Shown here in pieces: positions 1 through 12,350 of a DNA stretch of 64,000 nucleotides. The notes beneath the pieces were generated by a model. That model worked only from the letters and a program-made list of their open reading frames with translations, was not told the DNA's origin and searched no databases. A program made the position numbers and the translations under genes. The stretch spans positions 114,268,001 to 114,332,000 of the forward strand of contig NC_087436.1 of NCBI RefSeq assembly GCF_036321535.1, given 5' to 3'. The stretch is from Camelus dromedarius (Eukaryota). Within the stretch, counting starts at the first letter, position 1, and each line of letters opens with the position of its first letter.

Positions 1-61
1 TCTCACTGAACAGTTTGGTTGAAAACTGCTTTCATGATCACTGTCTTGATTATTTTTTTTA

Positions 62-190
62 TGACAGCCTTATGAAGGTGCTAATTTTCCCATTTTTAAA
101 AATCAAGAAATTGGAAAATGATGGGGTTTGCCAAAGATTACTCAGCTAATAAGTGACAAATCTGGACCTGAAGTCAGGTGTTTATTACGT
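62..190 (-). mobile_element. MIR SINE fragment
   Basis: Degenerate reverse-complement MIR core (cccattttt...tttgccaaagattactcagctaataagtgac). Confidence 0.55.
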
Positions 191-609
191 TAGAGTGTGA
201 CTCATCAGCACACAGAATCTCACAGCACACAGGGCTCCTCTCCTTCACCAACAATGGGACAACCCTGGCTCCACATTCATCCTGAGTAGGTGAGAGTGTA
301 GACAAAACCATTAGCTTGGATCACAATTCCTTTGTTATCTTAGAATTAGGCTACAATTCATCCACAAGGAATCCAGCATAAGGAAAAACTGTCTGAAAGC
401 AAAGTTGTCTGGAAGACAATGGGTTGCTTTGAGAGAGAGTGAGCTACCCATCAGAGACAATATGCAAGCATAGGGTAAGTGACCTCCTCATGGGACCACA
501 GGAATCAGACTTTGGATAAGAAAATGCATTCAATCTTTTGTGAGATGTCATTTGCACTGAGTTGATTTGGAGACTTGTTCTGAGCTTGTCTGGAGATTCT
601 TTTCTGATA

Positions 610-1215
610 AAAATAAATAAATCTATATACTGGCAATGAACAATTGGAATCTAAAACTGAAAATAATACAACACCATTTACATTAACATCAAAAATATAT
701 TGAATTATCAAATACACATCTAACGCAGTACATATAAGATCTATATATTAGGAAAACTACAGAACTGATGAAAGAAATCAAAGAAGATCTAAATAGATGG
801 AGAGTTAATCCATGTTCATGAATAGAAAGACTCAATATTGTCAAGATGTTACTTCTTCCCATGTTGATCTATAGATTCAACATAATGCAATCAGAATCCC
901 AGCAAGTCATTTTATAGGTACCAACAAACTGATTGTAAACTTTACGTGGAAAGGCAGAAAACCGAGAATAGCCAACTTTGTTCGGCTTCAATGAGAATTT
1001 TTAGAGCAGTGAAACTATTCTATATGTGATACTGCAGCAGTGGATACATGACAATATGTATTTGTCAAAACCCATAAAATGTACAACATCAAGAGTAAAT
1101 CTATAAACTGTGGACCTTAATAAGTTATCAATATTGGTTCCCTAATGTTTAAAAATGTGCTTCACTAATACAAGATGTTAATCACAGAGGAAACTGTGTA
1201 GAGGCAGGAGAAGGA
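610..1215 (+). mobile_element. Old L1 (L1MC-like): ORF2 remnant joined to distal 3' UTR
   Basis: ORF2-like gaaaactacagaactgatgaaagaaatcaaagaagatctaaatagatgg...gaatagccaac (to ~976), then L1MC-type UTR cagtgaaactattc...tgtcaaaacccataaaatgtacaac; internal deletion implied. Confidence 0.8.
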
Positions 1216-2160
1216 AAAGATACTTAACGTGCTCTGAGATGTTCTAGCTGAAACTGCACGCATACATGTTTTGAAACCTTGACAGCCAGCAGCATGACGT
1301 CGACGTTCGAAAGCCGCCAGTAATTCTTCTGCTTCTTTGGAGGTGGAGGCTCAAATTTGTCCATGGGGAAGATGGTGCTTTTGTTTAGGGAAAAACCGCA
1401 GGGCTTTTAAGTTAGACAAAGACAAAGTGAGATCCTCTTCAGGGAGCTCTTTTAGAGAGAGACCTAAAATGAGAAAACAGAATGAGATGTGTTTCCGGGC
1501 CAAGTGTTTAGAGGGAGCCCTGGTGATTCTCCCTCAAGCTCTCCCAAGGGCTGAGACCTGGACCTGAGCTAGAAGAAATCCACTTATTCGGGGCACCCCC
1601 TTTCAGGGCTCAGGAGAACACAGCAGTGTAGGGCCCCCTCTGTGGAGGTACTTGGGTTAAGGCCACGCCTTATCACATCACCTGCATTGTAATGCCTTCC
1701 TCATTTCACAAGCTTTCAATTAATGTTTCAGACACTACACTCTAAAGAATTCAAGGACAGACCCAGCTTGCATTTACGGAAAAGCAATTTTGAGAGAGCT
1801 GCAGCTCCAAGGAAAGGCAGACTTGAGTAAGCCAGAGGCAACCTGAAAATACTGGAAGCCCCAGGAAGGCAGGACAGTTAGTGTTTGCTCAGATGGTACA
1901 GACAGTGAGAGCTGTGCTGTGTGATGGAGGGATGAAGGAAGACGATGCCCTGGCTACATCCTGAAATATGTAAGACTGGGACGCTGGGGGCAGAGAAGGC
2001 TTTCCTGGCAGAGGCCCATGTGAGCAAAAGTGTCACCATGACCCAGTTCATCAAAAGTAACTTCCATCTGGAAACGTCACTTGATACTTCTTTCTGGCCA
2101 ATTTGGTAGCGAAGACATTGTCTTGTGAAAATTTTGGAACCAGTTTGTCAGCCAGAAGAC

Positions 2161-2248
2161 CACACACACACACACACACGCACACGCACACGCACACGCA
2201 CACGCACACGCACACACACACACACACACACACACTCACTCACTCACT
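2161..2248. repeat. Compound microsatellite (CA)n/(CACACG)n/(TCAC)3
   Basis: Directly visible; uninterrupted purine-pyrimidine alternation 2161-2235. Confidence 0.98.
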
Positions 2249-3186
2249 GAGTAGCTGCTGAAGGAGTCACAGGGTACATCTGGCTCACTCTGAACTTATT
2301 TTTCCTTCACAGGCTTAAATGTAAAATTGTGCTTTCATATTTCTTTCAATCCAAGCCCTGTGGATCTGCTTAATAAGATTCAGATTTTCATTTTTTCCAT
2401 CTCAGGAACTGAAGAAAGAGAAGTCTCCAGTGACTGGCCCTGCTTGAATTTTCAGCAGACTTGACAATGGAAAAGTTCAAACTCTCTGGCCTCCAGTCAT
2501 TTTCTAAAACAAACACTACCAGAGCGAGCCTCGGGTAAGCTCTTTTAGGACTTACATGACTAAAATCCTCTCTCTCTTCTCATTTTCCCTGGTTTAATTT
2601 TTTTTTCCTCCCTCCTCCACATATTCTTCAAAAACATGTGAGTCATGCATACACTGGGAACTCAACTGACAATCCCCCACATATCAGTGTGAAATGCCAA
2701 TAAGCAAATTAAGCAAAAGTTCTGGCTGGGGAGATAACTTGAGGTGAAGAGCAGCAGGAACAGGTTTTTCAGATCTGGTTTTCCCTGGGGGAGAGAGGAC
2801 AGGCAGGAGGCTGAGACCAGAGAGATGAGGCAACTGTCAAGCACAAAGCTCCAGGACTCAAGCTGGCCACACGGCAATCTGAGGAGGTGCAGGAAGTTGG
2901 GGTGAAGCCAAAGCTGGCAGGACTCCCATGAGGCACGTGGGGACCTTGGTGGTGGAGGGAGCTCAGTGGATGAGATGAGGCAGGTAGCCATCCTGGGGAC
3001 TGGGCCGGCTAAGCTGCTGATCTGTGCAGTCTTTGCGATGTGGTTAAACAACCGACACACACCCACAACCTCTTCCCTGAGTACCCCATCACTTCCTTAT
3101 CTTAGCTGAGAATTGACTTTCCCTGGTAACACTGATTCTCTTGCACTCATCTCAAGTGGAATCTGCCCATTCTCAACATGTCCCTC

Positions 3187-3671
3187 TGTTACCGGGAAAA
3201 CGAAAATAAGAATTACCTCGGTTCTTAGTCACCCGGAAAAAAAAAAAGAATTTTTGACGAGAGGCAGAAAGTGTGATATAAGCAAGATTTTTATTAGTAA
3301 AGTAAAAAATATAGTAAAAGATAGTACCCTCCCGAGAATCGGGAGCAGGCCTGTCTAAGGGAGGGAAAACGGTGCCGTTCCTTTGTTTTTCCTGTTTTTA
3401 TATCCTGGTTTTGTGATTGAGTGATTGATTGACTGACAACTCAGGTTGCCTGCACTCTGGCACGCCCATCCCCTTTTGGGCAGGCCCCCCTCCCATGCAC
3501 AGCTGCAGCACTTGGATTTTAACTGGCTTCTTTTGCTGGCCCTCATTTAGAGAAAGTAAGAGTTTCTGGAGTCCCTTATCCTGAGTGAGGATGTACTGTT
3601 ATTTTCTGGGTTGTTCCTTTCCCCATCCTCTCTGCCTGCCTAGTGTTCATTTCTGTCTAAACTGCCTAACA
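3187..3671 (-). mobile_element. ERV1-class solo LTR, relatively young
   Basis: TGTTA...TAACA termini; perfect 4-bp TSD CCTC (3183-3186, 3672-3675); minus-strand TATA (~3396-3403) and AATAAA (~3290-3295); several CpGs retained. Confidence 0.9.
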
Positions 3672-4019
3672 CCTCCACATTCCCCAGAGTTGTGGTCAGC
3701 ATGCTGGCCAACACCAGCTGCCTATGCTGTGATGCCAAAGCTCCCCTCCTCTTGAAGCTCAGGCCCTCTAGCTACTCTAGCCTGTGCCCCCACCATGCTG
3801 TCCCTAAACAACACGTGGACACTACTCATTTGGCCAGTGGTCCAAATGATGCTCTAATGGTGACAGTGGTATCCAGCCCACAGACTCCCCTTCATCCCAC
3901 ATCACCCCAGGTGACTTCAACATTCACAACAATCAGCCTCTATGATCGCCAGACTTCTCAGGTCCATGGCTCCTTCATCTCAAAGTCTCCCCTCCCCTCT
4001 CCAAGCAGCACTCACTTCC

Positions 4020-4145
4020 ATTCACCATTCAACAAAGAGTAACCAGCATTTACCACTCACTGTGCATTGGACATGGTACTGAGGATACTGAAGTGAACAT
4101 AGCCCTTGCCTTCAGGCAGCTTATAGTGTAACAGGAGAGAGAGTC
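4020..4145 (-). mobile_element. L2 3' fragment
   Basis: cattcaacaaa...cccttgccttcaggcagcttatagt, typical reverse L2 3' end. Confidence 0.55.
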
Positions 4146-5949
4146 ACATAAGAGAAGGACACATAGGAACTGGATCTGGTAGGAAGGACACAGCAACAGG
4201 GCCCCTCTCAGCAAAACGGCAGGACCTACGGTGTTGAGACGGTGGATGACCCATCTGGGCTGTAGCAGGAACCTACTGGCAGACCCCCTCAGAGGAGTCC
4301 AACTCCAGTAAAAGGGTAACATGCTGGGGAGACCAGCATTAGCTACAGAGGGTCTCAAAAACCCTGGTGAGGTTCAGGTTAAGCTCTCAAAAAAACAAAG
4401 AGATTATCAATCAGAAATCAAGGCAGTTGCATCTAACACTATGCTAGCTCATGGCAGGTGCTCAGTAAATGCTTTTCAGACAGAACTCATTCATGGTGGG
4501 CAGAAGAGCACGACAAGGGCTCAGAAGAAAGCGATCTACAGGGCACCAGGCAGGGATCTAAGCAAGACTGATTCTAGGTGCCACCTACCCTTGTGGATGG
4601 GGCTCCTAAAATACCCCAGAATTTGGCTTTCAGCCTGGCTGAGACTACAGGTGGGAAGTGATCAACATCAGGGGCTGAGTAGGCCCAGGACCACCAGGGC
4701 TCACGCTGGATCAGAAGCCATGTGAGGCATCAGGAGGAGCCTGAAACAGAAGAAAACCCATCTTCCTTCCGACTGAAGCCTCTCCTGCACCTTTGGCTGT
4801 AGTGGGAACCAGCCAGCTTACTGGAATGCAGACCGCCAGACTCTAGAGCAGGGACCCCCAACCCACAGGAGTCTGCAGAGGTGACCAGGGGATTCGCAAG
4901 GCATATCTATTACCCTTAAAATCCTAACTGAATTTAAGGCTGTACAGATTAACCAAAATATCCTTGTTTTTCACTGAAATTAAAACCAACTCAATGTGCT
5001 AGCAGTAGACACGTAGATCAGAAATTATGATTAAAGGTTATATGTGAGGTTGATTAAATTCAAATGGGGAAGTGAATTAAATATTTATTATTAAGTGCAG
5101 TTTGCTTGACAAAAATCTTTCAAAATATGTTATACTTTGCAGGGAGTTAATAAAAGAGGCCTCGTTGGTATAAAAAGGTTGGAAATCATTTGACAAGAAA
5201 CAAGAAAAAGCTTGTATATTTCATCAGCTCGTTACATGAGGCCAGAAGCACTTCATTCCCTTCCTGAGGAGATGCTGAAAATATGTGTTAATCCTGGGCT
5301 TTTCTTCAGAGAACTGCACAGCCTTAGACAGGAGGAGGCTGGTTTAAAATCAAGCATACATCTTGCCTTTTCTGTACAAAGCATATCTGAGAGGAATCGA
5401 AGAGCTAATGAGGGTGTTCTCTTCATAGAAGTATTCAGCTGTATTCCTTGTCCATGGTTATACACATCATTTCATAAGAGAACACAAGCTTCAGATATTA
5501 ACAAACCTGGATTTAAAACCCAGCTCTCCAACTTATTATGTACATGACCTTAGACAAATGCATCATGGAAGACACATAGCTGCAAACATCAAAAATGCCA
5601 ATAAATAGTGGCTTAAAAAACTGGGGGGTTTCTCATATAAAAAGAAGTCAGATACAATAATCTCAGAATGGAGCCATTCCTTTAAAAAAATCATCAAAGA
5701 ACTGGGTTCCAATTCAATTTCTGCTCCTATCTGTGTATGTATATATTTGTTCATTCTCTTTGTGGTATGATCACTGCTACTCCTCCAGCCATTACATCCA
5801 CATCCCAGGTATGAAGAGCAGGTAGGGAGAAGGCCAGAAATGATGTACTAACTAAATCTGTCTATTTTTAATCAGGAAAATATTAGCTTATTTGGAAGCC
5901 TCATCTAGTAGATATCTGCTTATGGATCTTCATTGGCATATCACAAGGA

Positions 5950-7150
5950 GAATATGGATAATAATCAATTGACAAAGAATTGACATTTCAAGAAAGTATA
6001 CAAATCAAGTATATGAATATATTTACTTCAAATAGAAATAAAAACTCTAAAATTTAGAAGTAATAAATCCTATTGAAATCCATCGAATTGTTAAAGTTAA
6101 TTAAGATGTTTTAGTTATAAATACAGTTAACAATATGTTTAAATGAGTTAATAATGGAAAAGAGAGGAAGGAAGGGAGAAAAAGGAAGGTGAAGGAAAAA
6201 ATGAATGGATGAAGGGTAAAAGGTAAGTGGAAAAGCTCATTGATCACCTGTTGTTTTGAAAATTTGGTAAGTAGAAGTGAAAGTAATCAAGCCTTTTCTG
6301 TACAAAGCATATCTCAGAGTATTCAGTCTCAATGAGGGGATTCTCTTTAAAGCAACATTCCAGACAAAAGAAGAATGAAGAATGGTAAAATTAGAAACTC
6401 ACATCTTCTGAACCCTGAAGAGATAATGGATCTAGACAACAATTATGAATGGCTGCTAACATCACAGAAAGAAAGTCCATTAGACACGATGGAAAAACAC
6501 ATCATGATCTAAAGATAACGGTATTCCTGCCAAAAACTCCAACCTGAATCTATCAAGCATCAAGATCTAACTACCAATTTACAGGAAAAAGAGGGGCAGG
6601 GGAACATGTGAAATGAAGCCATGGGGAGTCAATCAGCAGAATCCAGAACACAAGAAAGGTTACAGACCAAATAGACGGTTTTTCAACAAATAAATTACAA
6701 GGCAGAAAAAAGACTAGAGAGAGAAGAGATTTAAAAAGACTTGAGGCATATCTAGCAATCGCAATGTATGAAACTGATTTAAACTACTGACAGAAAAAAC
6801 TGTTAAAAGAATATAAAATTATTGGAAAAATCTGAACACTGACTCAATGTTTCATTACTATGAGTAATTATTTTTAATCATTTAGATGTAAAAATTTTAT
6901 TGTCATTATGTTTCCTTAAAGTACTTACCTATTGAATACACGCTGAAATCTGTACAGATGAAATTATATAATGTCTGGGATTTGCTCCAAAGTAATTCAG
7001 GAGGGAGGGGGAAGTGGATGGAGGCATGGACAAAATAATATTGGCCACGAGTTAATAATTGCTGAAATTGCATCATGGGTATGTGCGAGTAATTTATTAT
7101 ACTAGGCTCTCTACTTTGTTATATGTTTGAACTTTTCCATAATAACTTTT
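5950..7150 (+). mobile_element. L1MC4/L1MC5-like 3' UTR
   Basis: Diagnostic end: acagatgaaattatataatgtctgggatttgctccaaagtaattcag...tatgtttgaacttttccataata. Confidence 0.75.
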
Positions 7151-7869
7151 AACATACTAACCAGCCTCAGAATGAATAGCTTTAGACAAGAGGACCATTG
7201 GACTTCACCCAAAGTCAAGAAGCCTCTCTGAGTCACTCATTTCCCTCACGGAACTGACTGAGATTTCTCCCCAGTGCCCTGGTGAGGAGAATGTGCAGTT
7301 GATGTCAGAACCAGAAGATCCTTATGTAGAAAGTAACATAATGTATCATTTCCATGCAAGAAATTTCCTTGTAGCATTTCCTTGTATCATCTTCACAAAG
7401 TTCTGAGTTTAAAAGATATCTTCAGATTTTATTTTAAATACCTAAACTGTATGATCATTTTTTACCACAAAAATCAATGTATGATTGCCCCAAATAACCA
7501 AAAGCAGGTTAAAAGCCCTAGAGTATTTTGACTTAGCAAAGCTTCTTTTTTTCCTCTCCCCAGGTATGTTTCCCCAGTTACACAATCACATATACTTTCA
7601 CACCATTATGAGGTTTTTCTTAAAAAAATAAAATGTGACCATAGAGAAGTAAGATAATTTTTAACATATTTCAGGTTAAATTTGTCCATTCACTTAGTCA
7701 ACAATTATTGGAGTGCCTCTTCTCCACTGAACATTGTCCAGGGTTCTAGGAGAGTGCTGAGAGGGTAAAAAAAAAAAACAAAACAAACATGCAGCTTTTG
7801 CCTGGGGGAGGGCACGGCATGGGGCGACCGGGGGAAGCAGAGCACACATCAGGGACACCTACAGACACC

Positions 7870-8366
7870 CGTAAATGACAACCTAAGTTTAGAGCAGTGT
7901 TATTCTCAGCTGCCAAAAGGTAGAAGCAACCCAAGTGTCTGATAAATGAATGTGTGAACAAAATGTGGCAAATACATACAATGGAATATTATTCCATCTT
8001 AAAAAGGGACATTCTGGCACATGCTACAACATGGGTTAATCTTGAGAATGTGACAATAAGTGAAATAAGCCAGTCACAAAAGGACAACTACTATAGGAGT
8101 CTACTTATATGAAGGATCTTAAACAGTCAAGTTCACAGAGATCAAAAGTAGTGCCGTGGTTGTGAGGGGCTGGGACAGGGGAAAATGGGGACCTATTGTT
8201 CAACAGATGCAGGGTTTCAGTTTTGCAAGATGCAGAGTTCTGTGGCTGGATGTCAGTGGTGATGGTCACAGCAGTGTGAATGGACCCAATGCTGCTGACA
8301 CGTACACTTAAAAATAATTAAGATGTAAATTTCCTTTTATGTGTATTTTGCCACAATTAGAAAACA
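7870..8366 (+). mobile_element. L1MB-like 3' end
   Basis: aagtgaaataagccagtcacaaaaggaca...gtttcagttttgcaagatg...ttatgtgtattttgccacaatt. Confidence 0.85.
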
Positions 8367-8367
8367 A

Positions 8368-9232
8368 ATTTTTGCTGAAGTATAGTCAGTTACATTGTGT
8401 CAATTTCTGGTGTACAGCACAATGTCCTAGTCATGCATATACATACGTACATTTGTTTTCATATTATTTTTCATTAAAGGTTATTACAAGATATTGAATA
8501 CAGTTCCCTGTGCTATACAGAAATATTTGTTTTTATCTATTTTTACATCTAGTGGCTAACATTTGCAAATCTCAAACTCCCAAATTTATCCCTTCCTACC
8601 CCTCTTCCCCCAGTACCCATAAGATTGTTCACTATGTCTTCAAGTCTGTTTCTGTTTTGTAGATGAGTTCATTAGTGTCCCCCTTCTTTTCCTTTTTTTT
8701 TTTTTTTTTTTAGATTCCATATATGAGTGATATGGTATTTTTCTTTCTCATTCCGGCTTACTTCTCTTAAAATGATGACATCCAGTTCCATCCATGCCAC
8801 TATAAATGGCGTTATTTTATTCTTTTCTATGGCTGAGTAGTATTCCATTGTATAATATACCACATCTTCTTTATCCAGTCATCTGTCAATGGACATTTAG
8901 GTTGCTTCCATGTCCTGGCTATTGCAAATAGTGCTGCTATGAACATTGGGGTGTGTGTATCTTTTCAAATTAGAATTCCCTCCAGATATATGCCCTGGAG
9001 TGGGATTGCTGGATCATAGGGTAAGTCTATTTTTAGCTTTTTGAGGAATCTCCATACTGTTTTCCATAATGGCTGCCCCAAACTACATTCCCACCAGCAG
9101 TGTAGGAGAGTTCCCTTTTCTCCACACCCTCTCCAGCATTTATTGTTTGTGGAATTTATATTGATGGCCCTTCTGACTGGTGTGAGATGATACTTCATTG
9201 TAGTTTGATTTGCATTTCTCTGATAATTAGCG
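8368..9232 (-). mobile_element. Camelid-type L1, 5'-truncated (ORF2 C-terminus plus 3' UTR)
   Basis: ORF 8965-9198 reads YHLTPVR...[18 protein letters not shown]...PYDPAIPL (ORF2 cysteine-rich C-terminus); UTR ends ...aactgactatacttcagcaaaaa on the minus strand. Confidence 0.93.
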
Positions 9233-9505
9233 CTATGGGAAAAGTGAGGAGAGGGATAAATTAGGAGTTTGGGATTAACAAATACACACCACTATATATA
9301 AAATAGATAAACAACAAGGGCCAATTGTAGAGCATGGGGAACTCTATTCAATACCTTGTAACAGCCTATAGTGGAAAGGATCTGAAAAATAATAGATACA
9401 GATAGAGATATATGTATGCACAACTGACTCACTTTGCTGTACACTTGCAACTAATGCAACATTGTAAATCAACTGTACTTCAATAGAGAAATGAAATTTT
9501 AAAAA
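9233..9505 (+). mobile_element. Artiodactyl-type L1 (L1_Art-like) 3' UTR end
   Basis: ggataaattaggagtttgggattaac...actttgctgtacac...ttgtaaatcaactgtacttcaata plus A-rich tail. Confidence 0.85.
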
Positions 9506-9985
9506 GAGGTGGTGTCTATGTCCCCACCTTAACGTTGGCTTCAACCTTGAAAGGCTTGTAACTGCTTCAAACAACAGAATATGTCAGAAGTAACACTATT
9601 TGATTCCTTAGGTTAAGTCATTAAAAAAAAGCCACACAGCCCTCACTGATTCTCTCGCGCAACTCCTTCTGGAGGAAGTCAGACCATGTAAGTGGGCCGG
9701 CTCTTCTGAGCCCACCATGCCGGGAAGGCCACACACAGGCACTCTCGTTGTCAGACTTAGTTGCCTTAGCTCCTGACCAACAGCCAATGCCAACGGACCA
9801 GCCAGGTGAGTGGCCACCTTGGAAATGCACCCTCCAGCTCCCGTCTGGTCAGCACACTGCAGCCATGAGACTCAGAAACGGGTCATCCCTACTGAGCCTG
9901 ACCCAAAAGAAAAACATAACTGATTGAGCAAAATAACTGGTTATCGTTGATCTTTTATAGCACTAAATTTGGAGGGATTGGTTCT
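9506..9985 (+). mobile_element. MaLR LTR, MLT1G/MLT1H-like
   Basis: gcttgtaactgcttc...agaatatgtcagaagtaacact...ccagccaggtgagtggccaccttgga...gcactaaatttggagg. Confidence 0.75.
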
Positions 9986-11155
9986 CCCCACCACCACCAC
10001 TGTGTAGATGAAGAGATGGAGACTGACAGAGATTGATGTAACCTTCCCAGGATCACAGCACTGGGGAGAAGAGCAGCCAGAATCCAAGCGAGATCTCAGC
10101 AGCCCAGAAACTGTGCTGCGTCTTCAGTCTCTTTGCTTCCACGTTTTGTCCACATGCCAAAGTTAGATGGCTGTTTCTATTTACAGTCTTGCACCTCAGC
10201 TCAAAACGTGGCTTCAAATCTTAACCTCAAACAGATACCTTTTGAAAGTAATCTATTCTGCTTAAAAACAGCCACCCACCGGTAAAACCTGGACCACTAA
10301 CTGCAAGTGCGGAGAGAAGTTTTTTTATGGGTCTCTCCCATCCCTCTTCCCAGGCAGTCGGGAATTGATTTGAAATTAAAACAGACAACTTCCATTTTCT
10401 TTCCAGAGAGATTTATGACCACTGTCTACAGAGTTTCAAGCTGTGACATGATCTGTAAAACAGAATGTTTTAAAATAATGTGTTTAAAGCAAAGCAGTGT
10501 TACGTACAATTAATGTAAAAATGATCAGAAGTGATAGGTGCTGAGTAAAAATAAAAATAGAGAAATATGAGCTAGAAGGGTAAGAGCATTTCATGAAGCA
10601 CTAATCCATCAGCAAGGAGCACAAATCCGGGGAGTAATCAGGTATATTAATGACTTCGGAGTAAGCTTTTCTTACTCATCAGGCATCTTTGAGTGGAACT
10701 TGATCCTTTGCCACTGCCTGAGCCCAGGCCCTCACGATTTCGCCCGTGTGCCCCTGCAGTGCCTCTTAGCTGCTCATTCTACCCCCCAGCCTCACCTCCA
10801 GCATCACACCAACATCCCATGCCCCACCCCACCTCCTCCTCTTTTCCAGGGCCACTCACTCTCCCAGGAATGCCCACCGGCTGTCTGCCCCTGGACAAGA
10901 TAAAGCTTACTGATGCTACAAGTTTCCAATCACATGCCGACTCATCGGAACTGCCTCCCCAGAGGTGTTTTCCAATCAGAGATGGGGTCCTTTTCCTCTG
11001 AGTTCCCACAAAACAGCAAACCTTACTCTGTAGCCACTCTCCAGCCAGCTTGTCAACCTGAGTTTACAAAGCACCCACTATGTAAGTACACTGTTCTAGG
11101 GAGGGGTTGCAGAAACAATAGAAAATAAGAAAGACCATGTTCCTGCTTTAAGAGA

Positions 11156-11365
11156 CAGAGCTTGTCAACTAGAGGAGACTTTTTTCCCCAGGGAACATTT
11201 GTCAGTGTCTGGAAACATACTCATTTTCATACTGGGAGGATGCTACTGGCCTCTGGTGGGTGGAGTCCAGGGATTCTGCTAAACATCCTACAACTCACAG
11301 GACAGCCCCATAACAAAGAGTGATTGGGCCCAAAATGTCAACAGTGCCAAGATCGAGAAAGCCAG
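11156..11365. mobile_element. MER20 (hAT-Charlie MITE)
   Basis: ccccagggaacatttgtcagtgtctgga...ctgctaaacatcctaca...cccaaaatgtcaacagtgccaagatcgagaaa. Confidence 0.85.
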
Positions 11366-12170
11366 CCCTAAACAGTATTAAATATGTAAAATAATTTCAG
11401 GAGCTGCTAAGGGCCTTAAAGAAAAGCAATAGGAAAATGTGATGGGGAATTCAGTGAGACAGAAAGAAGGCTGCTCTAGACAGACAGTGCTTGGGGACTG
11501 GAGAAGCTATGATTCCAACTCCACCAGTCTGGTTTGTGTCCCTGGTACATCCACTACCCCTCTCGGGGGTTTTCACAATAACACCCTCTGACCCTGTGCC
11601 TCAGGGGCGAAGGATGGGCCCAGAGGCACAATCCATTCACTATCTCATCTCATTTAATCCATCTCTTGATGTGAATTTCTTGTTTCCCCAAATTGAGGAC
11701 ACAGCTTGGGTTTATATTTCTCATAAATGCCCACCACAGCCATGCACATGAATGAATGAGTGAATGAATGGGAGTAAATGATCATTGCAGAGCACGAATG
11801 AGCAGCTCAGGAGCTGACCTCTGCCAGCCTGAAGGTGACTTAGGTTAATGTATTAGTTTCTTGTGGCTGCTGTAACAAAGTGCCACAACATGGGTGACTT
11901 AGAGCAACAGAAATGAATTGTCCCATAGTGCTGAAGGGCAGAAGTCCAAAAACCAAGATGTCAGCAAGCCCATGTTTCCTAGGGGACTCTGGTGGCATCT
12001 TTTCTTGCCTCTTCCAGCTTCTGGAGGTGGCTGGTGGTCCTTGGCTTGCAGCTGCCATCACTCCAGTCTCTGCCACTGTTGTCACATGTCTTCTCCCTGT
12101 GTGTCTCTATCTCTTATTCTTATAAAGACACCAGTTATATTGGATTAGGGCCCACCCTAATGACCGTGAC

Positions 12171-12350
12171 TTTTTTTTATTGAAGTATCGTTGATTTACC
12201 TTGCTGTGTTAGTTTCTGGTATACAGCATAGTGTATGTGTGTGTGTATATATATATACATATATATATATATTCTTTTTCATATTCTGTTTCATTATAGG
12301 TCACCACAAGATATTGAATATAGTCCCTGTGCTATATAGTAGGACCTTAT
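12171..12350 (-). mobile_element. Outer L1 3' end (continues ~13211-13300)
   Basis: T-tail plus attgaagtatcgttgatttac...gtgctatatagtaggacctt; resumes at attttatatataatagtt...aaactcccaatttatccc. Confidence 0.8.

Noticed and set aside
2051..2239. ORF with VCVCVC repeats (also 50582-50849)
   Set aside because: Translation of (CA)n microsatellites.
8368..9505. Single L1 with a twin-priming 5' inversion
   Set aside because: Both arms contain the 3' terminus and differ in UTR type, so they are two insertions.
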